A DNA stretch of 64,000 nucleotides from an uncultured Alphaproteobacteria bacterium (lineage in GTDB: Bacteria; Pseudomonadota; Alphaproteobacteria; CAAHEQ01; UBA3637). Of this stretch, positions 40,830-51,071 are shown piece by piece. Position 1 is the stretch's first letter, and every line of letters starts with the position of its first letter. The stretch spans positions 970 through 64,969 of the forward strand of contig CALARE010000009.1 of assembly GCA_937888725.1 (NCBI GenBank), given 5' to 3'. Both the position numbers and the translations under genes were made by a program. The notes beneath the pieces were generated by a model. That model searched no databases. It was not told the origin of the DNA and saw only the letters and a list, made by a program, of their open reading frames with translations.

Positions 40830-43800
40830 ATGAAACTAAAGTTTAAGAATCAAGAATTTCAGACCGATGCCGTGAATGCGGCGGTGGAGCTGTTCAAAGG
40901 CCAAGAAAAAGCAAATATGACTTTTTCAATCGCTGATAACTCCGCGCAAGCCTCTTTTTTGCAAAATGAATTCGGTTTTGGTAACAAGTTGGTGTTAGAT
41001 GAGGAAACAATAAACAACAATCTTCATGCAATCCAAAAAGCTCATTCTCTCCCCCAAACCGATATTGAATCTGGCAAAGCCTTGCCCATTTCTATTGAAA
41101 TGGAAACCGGAACCGGTAAAACCTATGTTTACACAAAAACTATTTTGGAACTCAATAAACGTTATGGTTTTACAAAATTTATCATTGTTGTGCCAAGCAT
41201 TGCTATTCGTGAAGGTGTGAATAAATCTTTCCAAATCACCGAAGAACACTTTAAAAATCAGTATGACAGCGTGCCTTACAGATATTTTATCTATAATTCG
41301 GCTAAACTGTCTGATGTTCGGGCTTTTGCAACCTCCAGTAACATTGAAATTATGATTATCAACATTGATGCTTTCAAAAAAGCTGAAAATATCATCAATC
41401 AAGAGCAAGAAAAGCTCAATGGCGAAACCGCAATGAGATATATTCAAGACACAAATCCGGTTGTGATTATTGATGAACCGCAAAGCGTTGATAATACACC
41501 TAAGGCAAAAGAAGCCATTGCGACCTTAAATCCTTTGTGTGTCTTACGTTATTCTGCAACCCACAGAGAAAAGCAAAATCTTGTCTATCGTTTAACGCCG
41601 GTTGATACTTATCAAATGGGATTGGTTAAGCAGATTTGTGTTATTTCAAACTCGGTTATCAACGATTCAAACAAGCCTTACATTGCATTAAAATCTGTTT
41701 CCAGTAGCGGTGGATTTAGTGCCAAAATTGAAATCGATGTTGAAGGTAAAGACGGTAAAGTGTCCCGTAAAACAATAACCGTTAAGCCGGGAGATGATCT
41801 GTACTTAAAATCAGGACATCGTCAATTATACGAAGGCTATGTCGTGGCCGGTATTGACTGTACAAGCGGTTATGAGTGTATTGAATTTTCTAATGCCGAA
41901 TGCTTGAATTTAGGTAAAACCATCGGTAGTGTTGATGAAAGTATCATTAAACGAGCTCAGATTTATCACACCATCAAAACACATTTGGAAAAGGAAATCC
42001 GCTTGTTTGACAAAGGAATTAAGGTCTTGTCCTTGTTCTTTATTGATGAAGTTAAAAAATACCGTTTAGAGGATGGCGGACAAGGTATTTATGCCAAAAT
42101 GTTTGAAGAATGCTATAACGAATTGATAAATAATCCTCGTTATGCTGTTTTAAAAGAAAAGTTTAATACGGATGTTACCAAGGCTCATGACGGATATTTC
42201 TCTCAGGATAAAAAAGGTAAATATAAAGACACCAAGGGCGATACGCAGGCCGATGATGATACCTATAACACCATTATGAAAGACAAAGAAAAACTGCTAT
42301 CTTTTGAATGTCCGTTAAGATTTATCTTCTCTCACTCCGCACTAAAAGAAGGTTGGGATAACCCGAACGTTTTCCAAGTTTGCACTTTAATCGAGCAAAA
42401 ATCGGTCTTTACCTGTCGTCAAAAGGTCGGTCGAGGACTTCGTTTGTGTGTCAATCAGGATGGCGAACGCATTGAGGATAAAGACGTCAATGTCTTGCAT
42501 GTCATTGCTAATGAAAGCTTTGCCGAGTTTGCCGATAAACTGCAAAAAGAAATTGAAGAAGAAACCGGCGTTAAGTTTGGTGTTTTGGAAATCGGTATGT
42601 TGACAGGGTTAACTTACGAAGAAGAAGTTAAGGTTGAAAAACAAATCTCTCAGGAAACTGCCGAAACAGTTGTTCAAGAACTTCAAAAGACCGGCGTTAT
42701 TGATGATTGTGGGGCGGTTAATAAAGAAGTGGCCGTTGAAACAATTGAGCTTTCAAGTGTGCCGGAACCTGTTAAAAAAGAAATTATTGAAACGATAAGA
42801 CAGGAAAAACCCGTAACAGTTGCTGCTCTTTCGCAAACAACCTATACCGAAACAAAGGTTGAAAAAGTTTCTGTCAGCTATGAAGAAGCCGTTCAAATCA
42901 TGGAAGATTTAAAAGGCACTCAGGTCATTGACAGTAAAGGTAAAATCAAAGATACCATGAAGGCAGAACTGGCCGCCGGTACTTTGAATTTAAGCGACAG
43001 ATGGTCAAAGGCAAAACAACGTGCTGTTTTACAGGCCTTAAATAAAGCCGATAATAAACCGGTTATTCGGGATGCAAGCAAAGAAGTGACTGTTAAATTA
43101 AAGAAAAAAGCAATCCTTAGTCCCGAATTTATGGAATTGTGGAATAAAATCAAGCAAAAGACCACTTATCGTGTTCAATTTGATTTGGATACTTTGGTTG
43201 CAAACAGCATTAAAGAAATTAAGGAAATGCCCGAAATCGGAACGGCTCGCTTACTCAGTCAAACAGCCAGTGTTAATATTGAAAAATCGGGTGTTTCGCA
43301 CCAAGCAGGAAGAACATATATTCAAGATTTAACCCGTAACTATGAAACATTACCGGATATTTTACGCCTGATTTCCACGAAGACGCTTTTGAAACGGTCA
43401 ACAGTTAATCGTATTTTACAAGAAAGTGGTCGCATGGCAGACTTTTTGAAGAATCCGCAAGAGTTTTATGAAAAAACATTGGAAATTATTGAACGCAATC
43501 GTCATAAATTGGCTATTGACGGTATTAAGTATATTAAACTCGCCGATGAAGAATACTATGTTCAAGAAATTTTTGACAGCACTGAGTTGATAGCTAACCT
43601 TGATAAGAACGCAGTTGCCGTTGAAAACAGTGTTTATGATCATGTCATTTATGATAGTGGAGTTGAAAGCAAATTTGCTGTTGCCTTGGATAAAGATCCG
43701 GATGTTAAAATGTTCTTTAAAATCCCAAGCCGATTTAAAATTGAAACACCTATCGGAACCTATAATCCGGACTGGGCAGTTTATTTAGAGAAAAATGGCG

Positions 43801-43973
43801 AGCAAAAACTTTACTTTGTGTTAGAAACCAAAGGAACGGATAATTTATTCTTGCTTAGAGAAGAAGAAAAATTGAAAATCATGTGCGGAGCCGAACACTT
43901 TAAGGCTTTAGACGGCGTTAGTTTTTCAAAAAATCCTGTCAGAGAATGGAAAGAATTTAAACAAACGGTGTAA
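40830..43973 (+). CDS. res: Type III restriction enzyme Res subunit (SF2 helicase/ATPase plus C-terminal PD-(D/E)xK nuclease)
   Basis: METGTGKTYV (motif I), VIIDEPQS (motif II), QKVGRGLR (motif VI), and a C-terminal …YNPDWAVY…LETKG nuclease motif. GAGGA RBS. Confidence 0.75.
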   Translation: MKLKFKNQEFQTDAVNAAVELFKGQEKANMTFSIADNSAQASFLQNEFGFGNKLVLDEETINNNLHAIQKAHSLPQTDIESGKALPISIEMETGTGKTYVYTKTILELNKRYGFTKFIIVVPSIAIREGVNKSFQITEEHFKNQYDSVPYRYFIYNSAKLSDVRAFATSSNIEIMIINIDAFKKAENIINQEQEKLNGETAMRYIQDTNPVVIIDEPQSVDNTPKAKEAIATLNPLCVLRYSATHREKQNLVYRLTPVDTYQMGLVKQICVISNSVINDSNKPYIALKSVSSSGGFSAKIEIDVEGKDGKVSRKTITVKPGDDLYLKSGHRQLYEGYVVAGIDCTSGYECIEFSNAECLNLGKTIGSVDESIIKRAQIYHTIKTHLEKEIRLFDKGIKVLSLFFIDEVKKYRLEDGGQGIYAKMFEECYNELINNPRYAVLKEKFNTDVTKAHDGYFSQDKKGKYKDTKGDTQADDDTYNTIMKDKEKLLSFECPLRFIFSHSALKEGWDNPNVFQVCTLIEQKSVFTCRQKVGRGLRLCVNQDGERIEDKDVNVLHVIANESFAEFADKLQKEIEEETGVKFGVLEIGMLTGLTYEEEVKVEKQISQETAETVVQELQKTGVIDDCGAVNKEVAVETIELSSVPEPVKKEIIETIRQEKPVTVAALSQTTYTETKVEKVSVSYEEAVQIMEDLKGTQVIDSKGKIKDTMKAELAAGTLNLSDRWSKAKQRAVLQALNKADNKPVIRDASKEVTVKLKKKAILSPEFMELWNKIKQKTTYRVQFDLDTLVANSIKEIKEMPEIGTARLLSQTASVNIEKSGVSHQAGRTYIQDLTRNYETLPDILRLISTKTLLKRSTVNRILQESGRMADFLKNPQEFYEKTLEIIERNRHKLAIDGIKYIKLADEEYYVQEIFDSTELIANLDKNAVAVENSVYDHVIYDSGVESKFAVALDKDPDVKMFFKIPSRFKIETPIGTYNPDWAVYLEKNGEQKLYFVLETKGTDNLFLLREEEKLKIMCGAEHFKALDGVSFSKNPVREWKEFKQTV

Positions 43974-43976
43974 ACA

Positions 43977-46541
43977 ATGGCTGAGGCTTCACGTTTTCAA
44001 TCCTCGTTTGAAGCGGTTTGGACGGCAAGATGTCTTGCCGGTCTTGTTGATGATGAAAATTTAGTGCCTGCGTTTGCCTCTGCTAACATTAAGATTTTGC
44101 CATATCAAATAGCGGCGGCCCGTTTTGCTTTGCGATCTGCAAACTTAAAAGGCTGTATTTTATGTGATGAAGGCAGTCTTGGTAAAACTTATGAGGCTTT
44201 GTTGGTTGTATCGCAACGTTGGTATGAAGGTAAAGAACGGATTTTAATCGTTTTGCCCCAAAACCTTAAAAGTCAATGGCAAGAAAAACTCACCAAAGAA
44301 TTTACTCTACCGATAACCGATTGGAGCGAATATACACAAGAGACCAAAGGCCTGTGCCTGATGACGTATGATGAAGTCATTAAAAATGAAGAAAAAGTCG
44401 GCCAAATTGTTTGGGATTTAGCTGTTTTTGATGAGGCAGATTTTCTATTCAAACCAGACAACAAATCGGTTTCTACGATTAAAAAGGCAGTTGGGAATGC
44501 GTTTAAATTGCTTTTAACCCCGACCCCTATTACATTAAGCATCATGGATATTTATGGACTTATCCATTTTATTGATGAAACTTTGTTGCCCGATGCTGAC
44601 AGCTTTTATAAAAGATATTTTAGAAAGCCCGAAAACTATCCTGAACTTTCATCATGGGTATCCAAATTTGCGTTTAGAACTTTAAAAAGACAGGTTGAAC
44701 CTTATGTTAATTTTACCAAACGTTTGCCGGTTGTTCTAAATTACACGCCACAAGATGACGAGAAAAAGCTCTATGATTTAACCGAAAAATATTTGGCTCT
44801 TGATAACAAAACTGCCTATCCGCAAATGGATAATTATCAGTTAGCATTACAATTTTATAGAAATCTTTCTTCCTCTCCGCAGGCTTTTGCCAATATGCTG
44901 TCGGCTCCGATTGAACGGGCTTCGTCTGATGAACGCATTATTTTACAGACAATGCAAAAAATGGCTTTAGATGTTTCCGTTTCGGCTAAAATGGAAGAAT
45001 TATTAAAGGCACTAAAAACAACATTTACGCATTTAAAATCACGCAAAGAAGTGCAAAAAACCATTATTTTTGTTGATAACCTGACAACTTTATCCGTTTT
45101 ATCAGAGTTATTAAAGGAACATTATTCGATTATAAAACACACAGATGATAATGCTTTGAACATTTTTAGAGAAGATAAAAATATTCAAATTCTTATCACA
45201 AACGATGCAACTGCCAAAGGCTTAGACATAGAATATTGCCCCATTGTCGTGAACTATGATTTACTTTATAACGCCGTTGAGATGGAACAACGAATTTGTC
45301 GTTGCCACCGCCAAGGACAACAATCCGATGTGTTGGTTATCAATTTGCTCAGTCAGGAAAATATGTCTGATGTGCGTATTTTGGAATTGATTAACAAACG
45401 AACTTTACAATTTCAGGGTATTTTCGGGATGTCAGACGATATTGTCGGTCATTTTGATGAAACTTTGGAGGCTGTTTTACAAAAACGACGAACCTTGCCC
45501 GATATTCAACGGGATTTTGCACAGAACTTAGAAACAAATAAAGATGCCAACTCTCAAGTTGTTTCGGATGCCGAAAGTGTTTTGTTTACGACATTTACAA
45601 AAGATGTAGCCGAAAAAGTACAGGTTTCACCGCAGTATATTCAAGAACAGGCCGAGTTCATCAATCGGGACTTATGGGAGGTTGTAAAGTTCTATTTTGA
45701 AAAACATTTTCCTGAATATGTTATTGATGAAAACAATCAAACCTTAACCCTTTCGGACGGTTATGAGCCGCCAAAGATGTTCTATTATTGGAATGGGACA
45801 AGAAATACACCTTATACGGGAAAACGTCAGTATGGTATGGCAAAAGATTTTAAACCTTCCAGTGGTCGGATTACCCTGACATCAATTTTAGCCAAGGGAA
45901 TTTTTAGTGAAATTGAATGTTCTACAGAGGGTAAAATGCACCTTGAAACAGATATACCTTCCTGTCAAATCAGCATGTATATGGTTGAATTACGCCGAAA
46001 AGGAAAGTTCCTTAAATGTTATGATGTTTTAACCGGTAAGACGAGAGATGGCAAGATTTTAACACAAGAAGAATGTGTAAAAATTCTATCACAGCCAATT
46101 AAATCTCTTGAAAATAAGGATAGAGAACGGTCTTATTGGCTTGCAAACAGTTCGTTTTCTGACAGATTGCCATTAGCCTTAGAGAATGAGTTGAAAAACA
46201 ACTATATCAAGCAACAAGAAAATTGTTTTAATGCTGATATTGATATCATTAAAATGCGTTCATCTCGTCAAAAAGCCGTATTAGAACAAACTCTTGAATC
46301 CTTACGCCAAGAAACATCAAAAATTAAAGAGAGTATCGGTAGTGCTAAAGACCGCTTAGAAGAACTTAAAATTCAAAAACAAATCAACGAAATGGAAAAA
46401 CAACTCCGCAAAAAAGAAGAAGGCTTGTTCTTTGAACAAATGCGTATCGAAGCCACCGCCGAAGAACAAATAGAACAACTCTGTGCTACTGAAAATATAG
46501 AGGTTAAATTATCAAAGGTATTTAAGGTGATGGTTTGTTGA
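43977..46541 (+). CDS. SNF2-family helicase-like protein with a C-terminal coiled-coil region (854 aa)
   Basis: LPYQIAAARF, CDEGSLGKTYEALLV, VFDEADFL, LLLTPTP, QRICRCHRQGQ. The start is 4 nt after the res stop. Confidence 0.65.
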   Translation: MAEASRFQSSFEAVWTARCLAGLVDDENLVPAFASANIKILPYQIAAARFALRSANLKGCILCDEGSLGKTYEALLVVSQRWYEGKERILIVLPQNLKSQWQEKLTKEFTLPITDWSEYTQETKGLCLMTYDEVIKNEEKVGQIVWDLAVFDEADFLFKPDNKSVSTIKKAVGNAFKLLLTPTPITLSIMDIYGLIHFIDETLLPDADSFYKRYFRKPENYPELSSWVSKFAFRTLKRQVEPYVNFTKRLPVVLNYTPQDDEKKLYDLTEKYLALDNKTAYPQMDNYQLALQFYRNLSSSPQAFANMLSAPIERASSDERIILQTMQKMALDVSVSAKMEELLKALKTTFTHLKSRKEVQKTIIFVDNLTTLSVLSELLKEHYSIIKHTDDNALNIFREDKNIQILITNDATAKGLDIEYCPIVVNYDLLYNAVEMEQRICRCHRQGQQSDVLVINLLSQENMSDVRILELINKRTLQFQGIFGMSDDIVGHFDETLEAVLQKRRTLPDIQRDFAQNLETNKDANSQVVSDAESVLFTTFTKDVAEKVQVSPQYIQEQAEFINRDLWEVVKFYFEKHFPEYVIDENNQTLTLSDGYEPPKMFYYWNGTRNTPYTGKRQYGMAKDFKPSSGRITLTSILAKGIFSEIECSTEGKMHLETDIPSCQISMYMVELRRKGKFLKCYDVLTGKTRDGKILTQEECVKILSQPIKSLENKDRERSYWLANSSFSDRLPLALENELKNNYIKQQENCFNADIDIIKMRSSRQKAVLEQTLESLRQETSKIKESIGSAKDRLEELKIQKQINEMEKQLRKKEEGLFFEQMRIEATAEEQIEQLCATENIEVKLSKVFKVMVC

Positions 46542-46566
46542 TCGTTTCTTTATAGCGAAACATGTG

Positions 46567-47499
46567 TTATGTTGAGCTAATAAAATTTTTATTTTTTTTC
46601 ATTTTTAAATAATAAGGACAATCATTGCAAGGAATATCAATTGTATTGTCCTGCATACATTTTCCAGTTAAGAGTCTTTTTGCATAACGAACTTCTTTTG
46701 ATTTTAAAGCCTTTTCTAGTCCAACATTAAAAACATTACATTTAAAATCATTTAAATAAACACAACAGCATCCCAACAAACGACCATCCCAATTAATTTG
46801 AGGGGAATTCCATAATTCCAAACAAGGTATCCAATTGAAAGAAAAAGGTGTTTCTTTAGAAAAAGATAACTTGGTTTCTTTTTCAAGCAAATCAGAATTT
46901 ATAGGTATAAAACTTTCATTCCATGTCTTTTTAAAAGAAATTGACATGTTCAATTGTTTTGCTAGTTTTTTTGCTCGTTTTATTTCATTAATATCTTGCG
47001 TTGTATCCATAACAATATACTGCCAGTTCAACAACGGATAATTGCTGTGGTAGATTTCTTTATACTTATTTATCAATTCAATATTAGCAATCACCTTATT
47101 AAATTTTCCATTGATGCGATAGGTTTTATATACTTCATCAGAAGCTCCATCTAAAGAGATGTTTAAAGAATAAAGTTGAAATTTAACTATTTTTTCTATA
47201 GCTGTTTCTTTTATTGAATTTAAATTAACTCCATTATTGGCGGTTAATTTGATTTTATTATTATAAGCAATTTCTAAAATTTTTTCAAAGTCAGGATTTA
47301 AAAAAATTTCACCACTGTTTGATATTTCTATTTCCTGTATAAAGGGATTTCGTTTGAGAAATTCTTTAAACTGTTCTGCAGTTGTATACCCTTTTCCAAC
47401 AGTTCCGTAATTTGACTTTCTCATATAGCAATCTTTACATTTTAATTGACAAGCTGTACATATATCCAATCTCACTCTTTTAGGTAATCTATGCGTCAT
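46567..47499 (-). CDS. radical SAM / SPASM-domain protein
   Basis: CxxxCxxC (CQLKCKDC) near the N-terminus and a C-terminal Cys-rich cluster. AAAGGA RBS. Confidence 0.65.
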   Translation of the reverse strand: MTHRLPKRVRLDICTACQLKCKDCYMRKSNYGTVGKGYTTAEQFKEFLKRNPFIQEIEISNSGEIFLNPDFEKILEIAYNNKIKLTANNGVNLNSIKETAIEKIVKFQLYSLNISLDGASDEVYKTYRINGKFNKVIANIELINKYKEIYHSNYPLLNWQYIVMDTTQDINEIKRAKKLAKQLNMSISFKKTWNESFIPINSDLLEKETKLSFSKETPFSFNWIPCLELWNSPQINWDGRLLGCCCVYLNDFKCNVFNVGLEKALKSKEVRYAKRLLTGKCMQDNTIDIPCNDCPYYLKMKKNKNFISST

Positions 47500-47564
47500 A
47501 ATAAATCCTTTTGTTTTTTATTAGGATAACATAAAAAATATAAGTTTGTCAAAATATAAATTTA

Positions 47565-47592
47565 TTGATTTTTTGAGAAAATATGTTATAAT
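47565..47592 (+). promoter_or_regulatory. candidate promoter TTGATT-16-TGTTATAAT (extended -10)
   Basis: Upstream of the acetyltransferase gene. Confidence 0.4.
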
Positions 47593-47616
47593 ATAGAAAG
47601 TTTTGATTTAATAGGT

Positions 47617-48171
47617 ATGACCATGAATAAAATAAAAAATAATTCTTTATATAAAGGTAATGAACCAGAATTATTAAGATTAAAAGAACAAACAGCAAAG
47701 ATATTACATGAAATTAATTTGGCCTCTCCAATAGATAGAGAAAAAAGTCATAGAACTTTATTCCCTTTGATTTTTAATCGCTTGGGAAAAAACACTTGGT
47801 TTGAACTTCCTTTTAATTGCGATTACGGAAAACATATTGAAATAGGAGAAAACTGTTATTTTAACCATCATTGTTCTATTGGTGACGGTGGAAAAGTAAT
47901 TATTGGAAATAATGTTTTAATTGGTCCATATGTCGGCATTTATACGGCACAACATCCTCTAGATTCTAAACTGCGATTAGAAGGATGGCAAAGCGTTTCA
48001 GATATTGAAATCGGAGATAATGTATGGATTGGAGCTAATTGTACCATTCTTTCTGGGGTAAAAATAGGAAACAATGCCGTGATTGGGGCTGGAAGCGTTG
48101 TAACAAAAGATATTCCTGAAAATACATTGGCCTATGGAGTACCATGTAAAATTATAAAGATTTTAACATAA
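47617..48171 (+). CDS. hexapeptide-repeat O-acetyltransferase (maltose/galactoside acetyltransferase-like)
   Basis: Left-handed beta-helix hexapeptide repeats (IGDGGKVIIGNNVLIGP…IGANCTIL…IGAGSVV). Confidence 0.75.
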   Translation: MTMNKIKNNSLYKGNEPELLRLKEQTAKILHEINLASPIDREKSHRTLFPLIFNRLGKNTWFELPFNCDYGKHIEIGENCYFNHHCSIGDGGKVIIGNNVLIGPYVGIYTAQHPLDSKLRLEGWQSVSDIEIGDNVWIGANCTILSGVKIGNNAVIGAGSVVTKDIPENTLAYGVPCKIIKILT

Positions 48172-48182
48172 AGAGAGGTATT

Positions 48183-50090
48183 TTGATACATTTATGTACA
48201 ATGATTGGCGAGAATACATTACTTCTAAATGAGTTTATAACGCACTATAAAAATTTAGGAGTAGATCGCTTTCACTTTATTGTTCACGATCCATCAGAAG
48301 AACAATATTTTACTAAAGATGTCAAAGATATTTTGGCTTTATATCATATTGGTGTAGAAGAAGTTTATAGCGGTAAATGGAATGGTGCAATTTGTACAAA
48401 ATTAATAAACTCTGTAATGAAAAAATATCCAGAAGAATGGTTTGTTATTGCAGATTTAGACGAATTTCAAATTTATCCTCAAAATCTGAAGACAATAATC
48501 TCTGAACAAGAGAAGAAAAAAAAAGATTTTGTAACAGGTCTTTTATTAGATAGATTTTCTCAAAGTGGCCATTTAACTTCAGTGAAACGTAATTTATCAA
48601 TATGGTCTCAATTTCCTATGTGCGGTTTTTTTTCTTTTCCTCTAACTCGAAGCAATCCTTATAAAATTACCCTATCTAAGGGAAAATTAACTCTTTCAGA
48701 AGGGCAACATGGGGTAATTTTTTTTAATGAGAAATATCCTCAAATAAATGAAATTATTGCAGAAGTTCATCATTTCAAATGGAATGATATCCTGTTAGGA
48801 AAAATAAAAAATAGATTAACCTATGAACGAAGGGGAGATTGGATTAATTCTTATCAAGGATATAAAGGCGAACTGGAATGTATATTAAAATATTTTGGCA
48901 CACATTATAAAACAGACTTAACAAATCCTCTTTTTATGTTTACTCGTGAAAAAGAAGATCACTCCTATGCAAATTTTAATAGTATTAAACGGTTGGCTGC
49001 AGATTGGGACGTTTTACATGCATATCCAACGCTTGATCAGAATATTTTTGAAGCAACGATAATCATAAGTTCTTATAATCAGGGGGATATAATACAAAAA
49101 AGTGTAAAAGAGTTAATACAACAAGCAACTCAAAGTGATAAAAAAATTCAAATTGTTCTCGCAGATGATGGATCTACATTAAGCGAGCAGGAAAAATGTA
49201 CGGCATTAACACAATATAGTACAGACAACATAAAAGTCCAATTTGTGACACAAGAGGATAAAGGGTTCAGATTAGCTGCATCAAGAAATAATGCAATAAA
49301 ATTAGCTCAGAGTAATGTGCTCATTTTTATAGATGGTGACTGTTTCCCTATGCCAGGTTTTTTGAATGAACATATAAATTTTCACAAAAAAAATTCTTAT
49401 GCACTTTGTGTCGGTTCTAGAGGATATGCTCCATTAGAAGCTCTGAAGCAAAAGAGTTTACAATCTGACAAAAGTTATGAGTTAATGGAAGCGATGGAAA
49501 GCTACACAGTTAATGAAAAAGCTAACTCACAATACCCTTGGAGAGCTGTTTTGGGTAGAAATTTCAGTGTAAAATCATATTTTCCTCTTCCGCTTTTTGA
49601 TGAAAATATAAAAGGTTGGGGATTTGAAGATACCGCTTACGCTCTGGATCTTTTCTTTATGGGATATCAAAAAGTTGTATTTTCTGGCAATGCCAGAGTG
49701 GTTCAATTTGATGACTTTTCAAGTACAAATGATCCCTTTAAATCACTAAATAATGATAAGATTGCTGCTACTCAAAAAAATGCCTTATATTTGATGAGTA
49801 AGTACAAGAGATACGACGATATATTTATGGAACTTGGTGCCTATCTTTCATTTTTTGCAGAACCTTTTGATTATAATAATGGTGTATTCATACTAAATGA
49901 AGAGAAACGTCAAAGAGTTCATAAGCTTTTCTCTGATGGAGAAAGAAAATCTAAACAAGAATATGTAGATTTATTTAATTCTTGCAGAAAGAAACTTATA
50001 GATTTTTACAAGAGACGATCTTTAAAAACGCAGAAAATTTGTACCAACCATCAGCCTTATCATCAAACTTTTCAAAAGGTTAGAGAGTAA
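48183..50090 (+). CDS. two-domain glycosyltransferase (unknown N-terminal domain plus a GT2 domain)
   Basis: TTG start preceded by AGAGAGG. GT2 signature IISSYNQ…LADDGST…IDGD. An in-frame A9 tract lies at 48516-48524. Confidence 0.65.
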   Translation: MIHLCTMIGENTLLLNEFITHYKNLGVDRFHFIVHDPSEEQYFTKDVKDILALYHIGVEEVYSGKWNGAICTKLINSVMKKYPEEWFVIADLDEFQIYPQNLKTIISEQEKKKKDFVTGLLLDRFSQSGHLTSVKRNLSIWSQFPMCGFFSFPLTRSNPYKITLSKGKLTLSEGQHGVIFFNEKYPQINEIIAEVHHFKWNDILLGKIKNRLTYERRGDWINSYQGYKGELECILKYFGTHYKTDLTNPLFMFTREKEDHSYANFNSIKRLAADWDVLHAYPTLDQNIFEATIIISSYNQGDIIQKSVKELIQQATQSDKKIQIVLADDGSTLSEQEKCTALTQYSTDNIKVQFVTQEDKGFRLAASRNNAIKLAQSNVLIFIDGDCFPMPGFLNEHINFHKKNSYALCVGSRGYAPLEALKQKSLQSDKSYELMEAMESYTVNEKANSQYPWRAVLGRNFSVKSYFPLPLFDENIKGWGFEDTAYALDLFFMGYQKVVFSGNARVVQFDDFSSTNDPFKSLNNDKIAATQKNALYLMSKYKRYDDIFMELGAYLSFFAEPFDYNNGVFILNEEKRQRVHKLFSDGERKSKQEYVDLFNSCRKKLIDFYKRRSLKTQKICTNHQPYHQTFQKVRE

Positions 50091-51069
50091 TTGTATCTAC
50101 ATATCCTAACTCAATAAAAGTCCTTTTTAAAAAGTCTGGATCATTAATTTTAAAGAGAAGTTCATGTTGCCCCTTATGTTTTAAACCATAATTTTCACCA
50201 TCTTTTGCTCCGGCAATAGTAAATTTTCCAAAAGGCCTATCTTTTCCCTTTGTTTTCCATATTTCGATTTTTGCTTGTATTTTTTCATAATCCATTTTTA
50301 ATTCTGGATCTTGATTTAAGAGCATTACAACCTCTCTAAAGCCAGCCTTCCAAGCATTAAATGGAGAGGTATTAAAATTAGTAATCGAGGCTATTTCTTT
50401 TATACCTCTTGTTTTTAAAATACCACCGCTAGCAATGGGATCTATTTTATCATTTTGGATTCTTCTAAAATTTTCAGTTGGACAAGATTTTATTCCGCCA
50501 TATCCATAAACTAAATCATTTACAGGATTGCGTGTCATATAAAAATGCATCTCGTTTGGTAAAGGAGGTGTTACAGAGTATAAATCAAATTCATCAAGAA
50601 CTAAATTATCCCCATCAATTAAAACATAATAACTACTCTCGACCATCTCAGCAACATTTCGGAAAGCCCTAGACAAACCTTTTACTCTATGCAATCGTTT
50701 TAAGTTGGGATATTTTTTTAATAGATTTTCAAAATTATCTTCTGCATTGTTTTCATTATATGTTAAATATACAATATCTGGTTGTTTTTTATTTCCAAAT
50801 GGAATGTATTTATCAATAATATTTTTCTTTTGAATTACAGGATAATACTTCATTAACTCATTTAATGTCTCTGGAATAAAAAACTCATCTGCTTGAGCAC
50901 TTATTGCGATAAAGGAATCTGTATCCGTAATTAAAGCCGCCATCTTATAAGCATCTTCTTTAGATAACCCATGAACCCTTTTGATATCGGGAAAAAAATG
51001 TTGAAGAGATTGAAAAAAAAGTTCAATTTTCGAATTAAAACAACCTGACGATATAAAAACTATCTCCAT
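50080..51069 (-). CDS. hypothetical protein, possibly a nucleotide-sugar transferase (DxD-like IDGDN)
   Basis: ORF in cluster context. Weak motif only. Confidence 0.4.
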   Translation of the reverse strand: MEIVFISSGCFNSKIELFFQSLQHFFPDIKRVHGLSKEDAYKMAALITDTDSFIAISAQADEFFIPETLNELMKYYPVIQKKNIIDKYIPFGNKKQPDIVYLTYNENNAEDNFENLLKKYPNLKRLHRVKGLSRAFRNVAEMVESSYYVLIDGDNLVLDEFDLYSVTPPLPNEMHFYMTRNPVNDLVYGYGGIKSCPTENFRRIQNDKIDPIASGGILKTRGIKEIASITNFNTSPFNAWKAGFREVVMLLNQDPELKMDYEKIQAKIEIWKTKGKDRPFGKFTIAGAKDGENYGLKHKGQHELLFKINDPDFLKRTFIELGYVDTITL

Positions 51070-51071
51070 TT

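Noticed and set aside
38021-43973. Alternative reading of the Mod/Res pair as a Type I system
   Set aside because: There is no HsdS-like specificity gene. The methylase has the beta-class order (DPPY before FxGxG) typical of Type III Mod. Res fuses helicase motifs to a C-terminal PD-(D/E)xK nuclease as in Type III Res.
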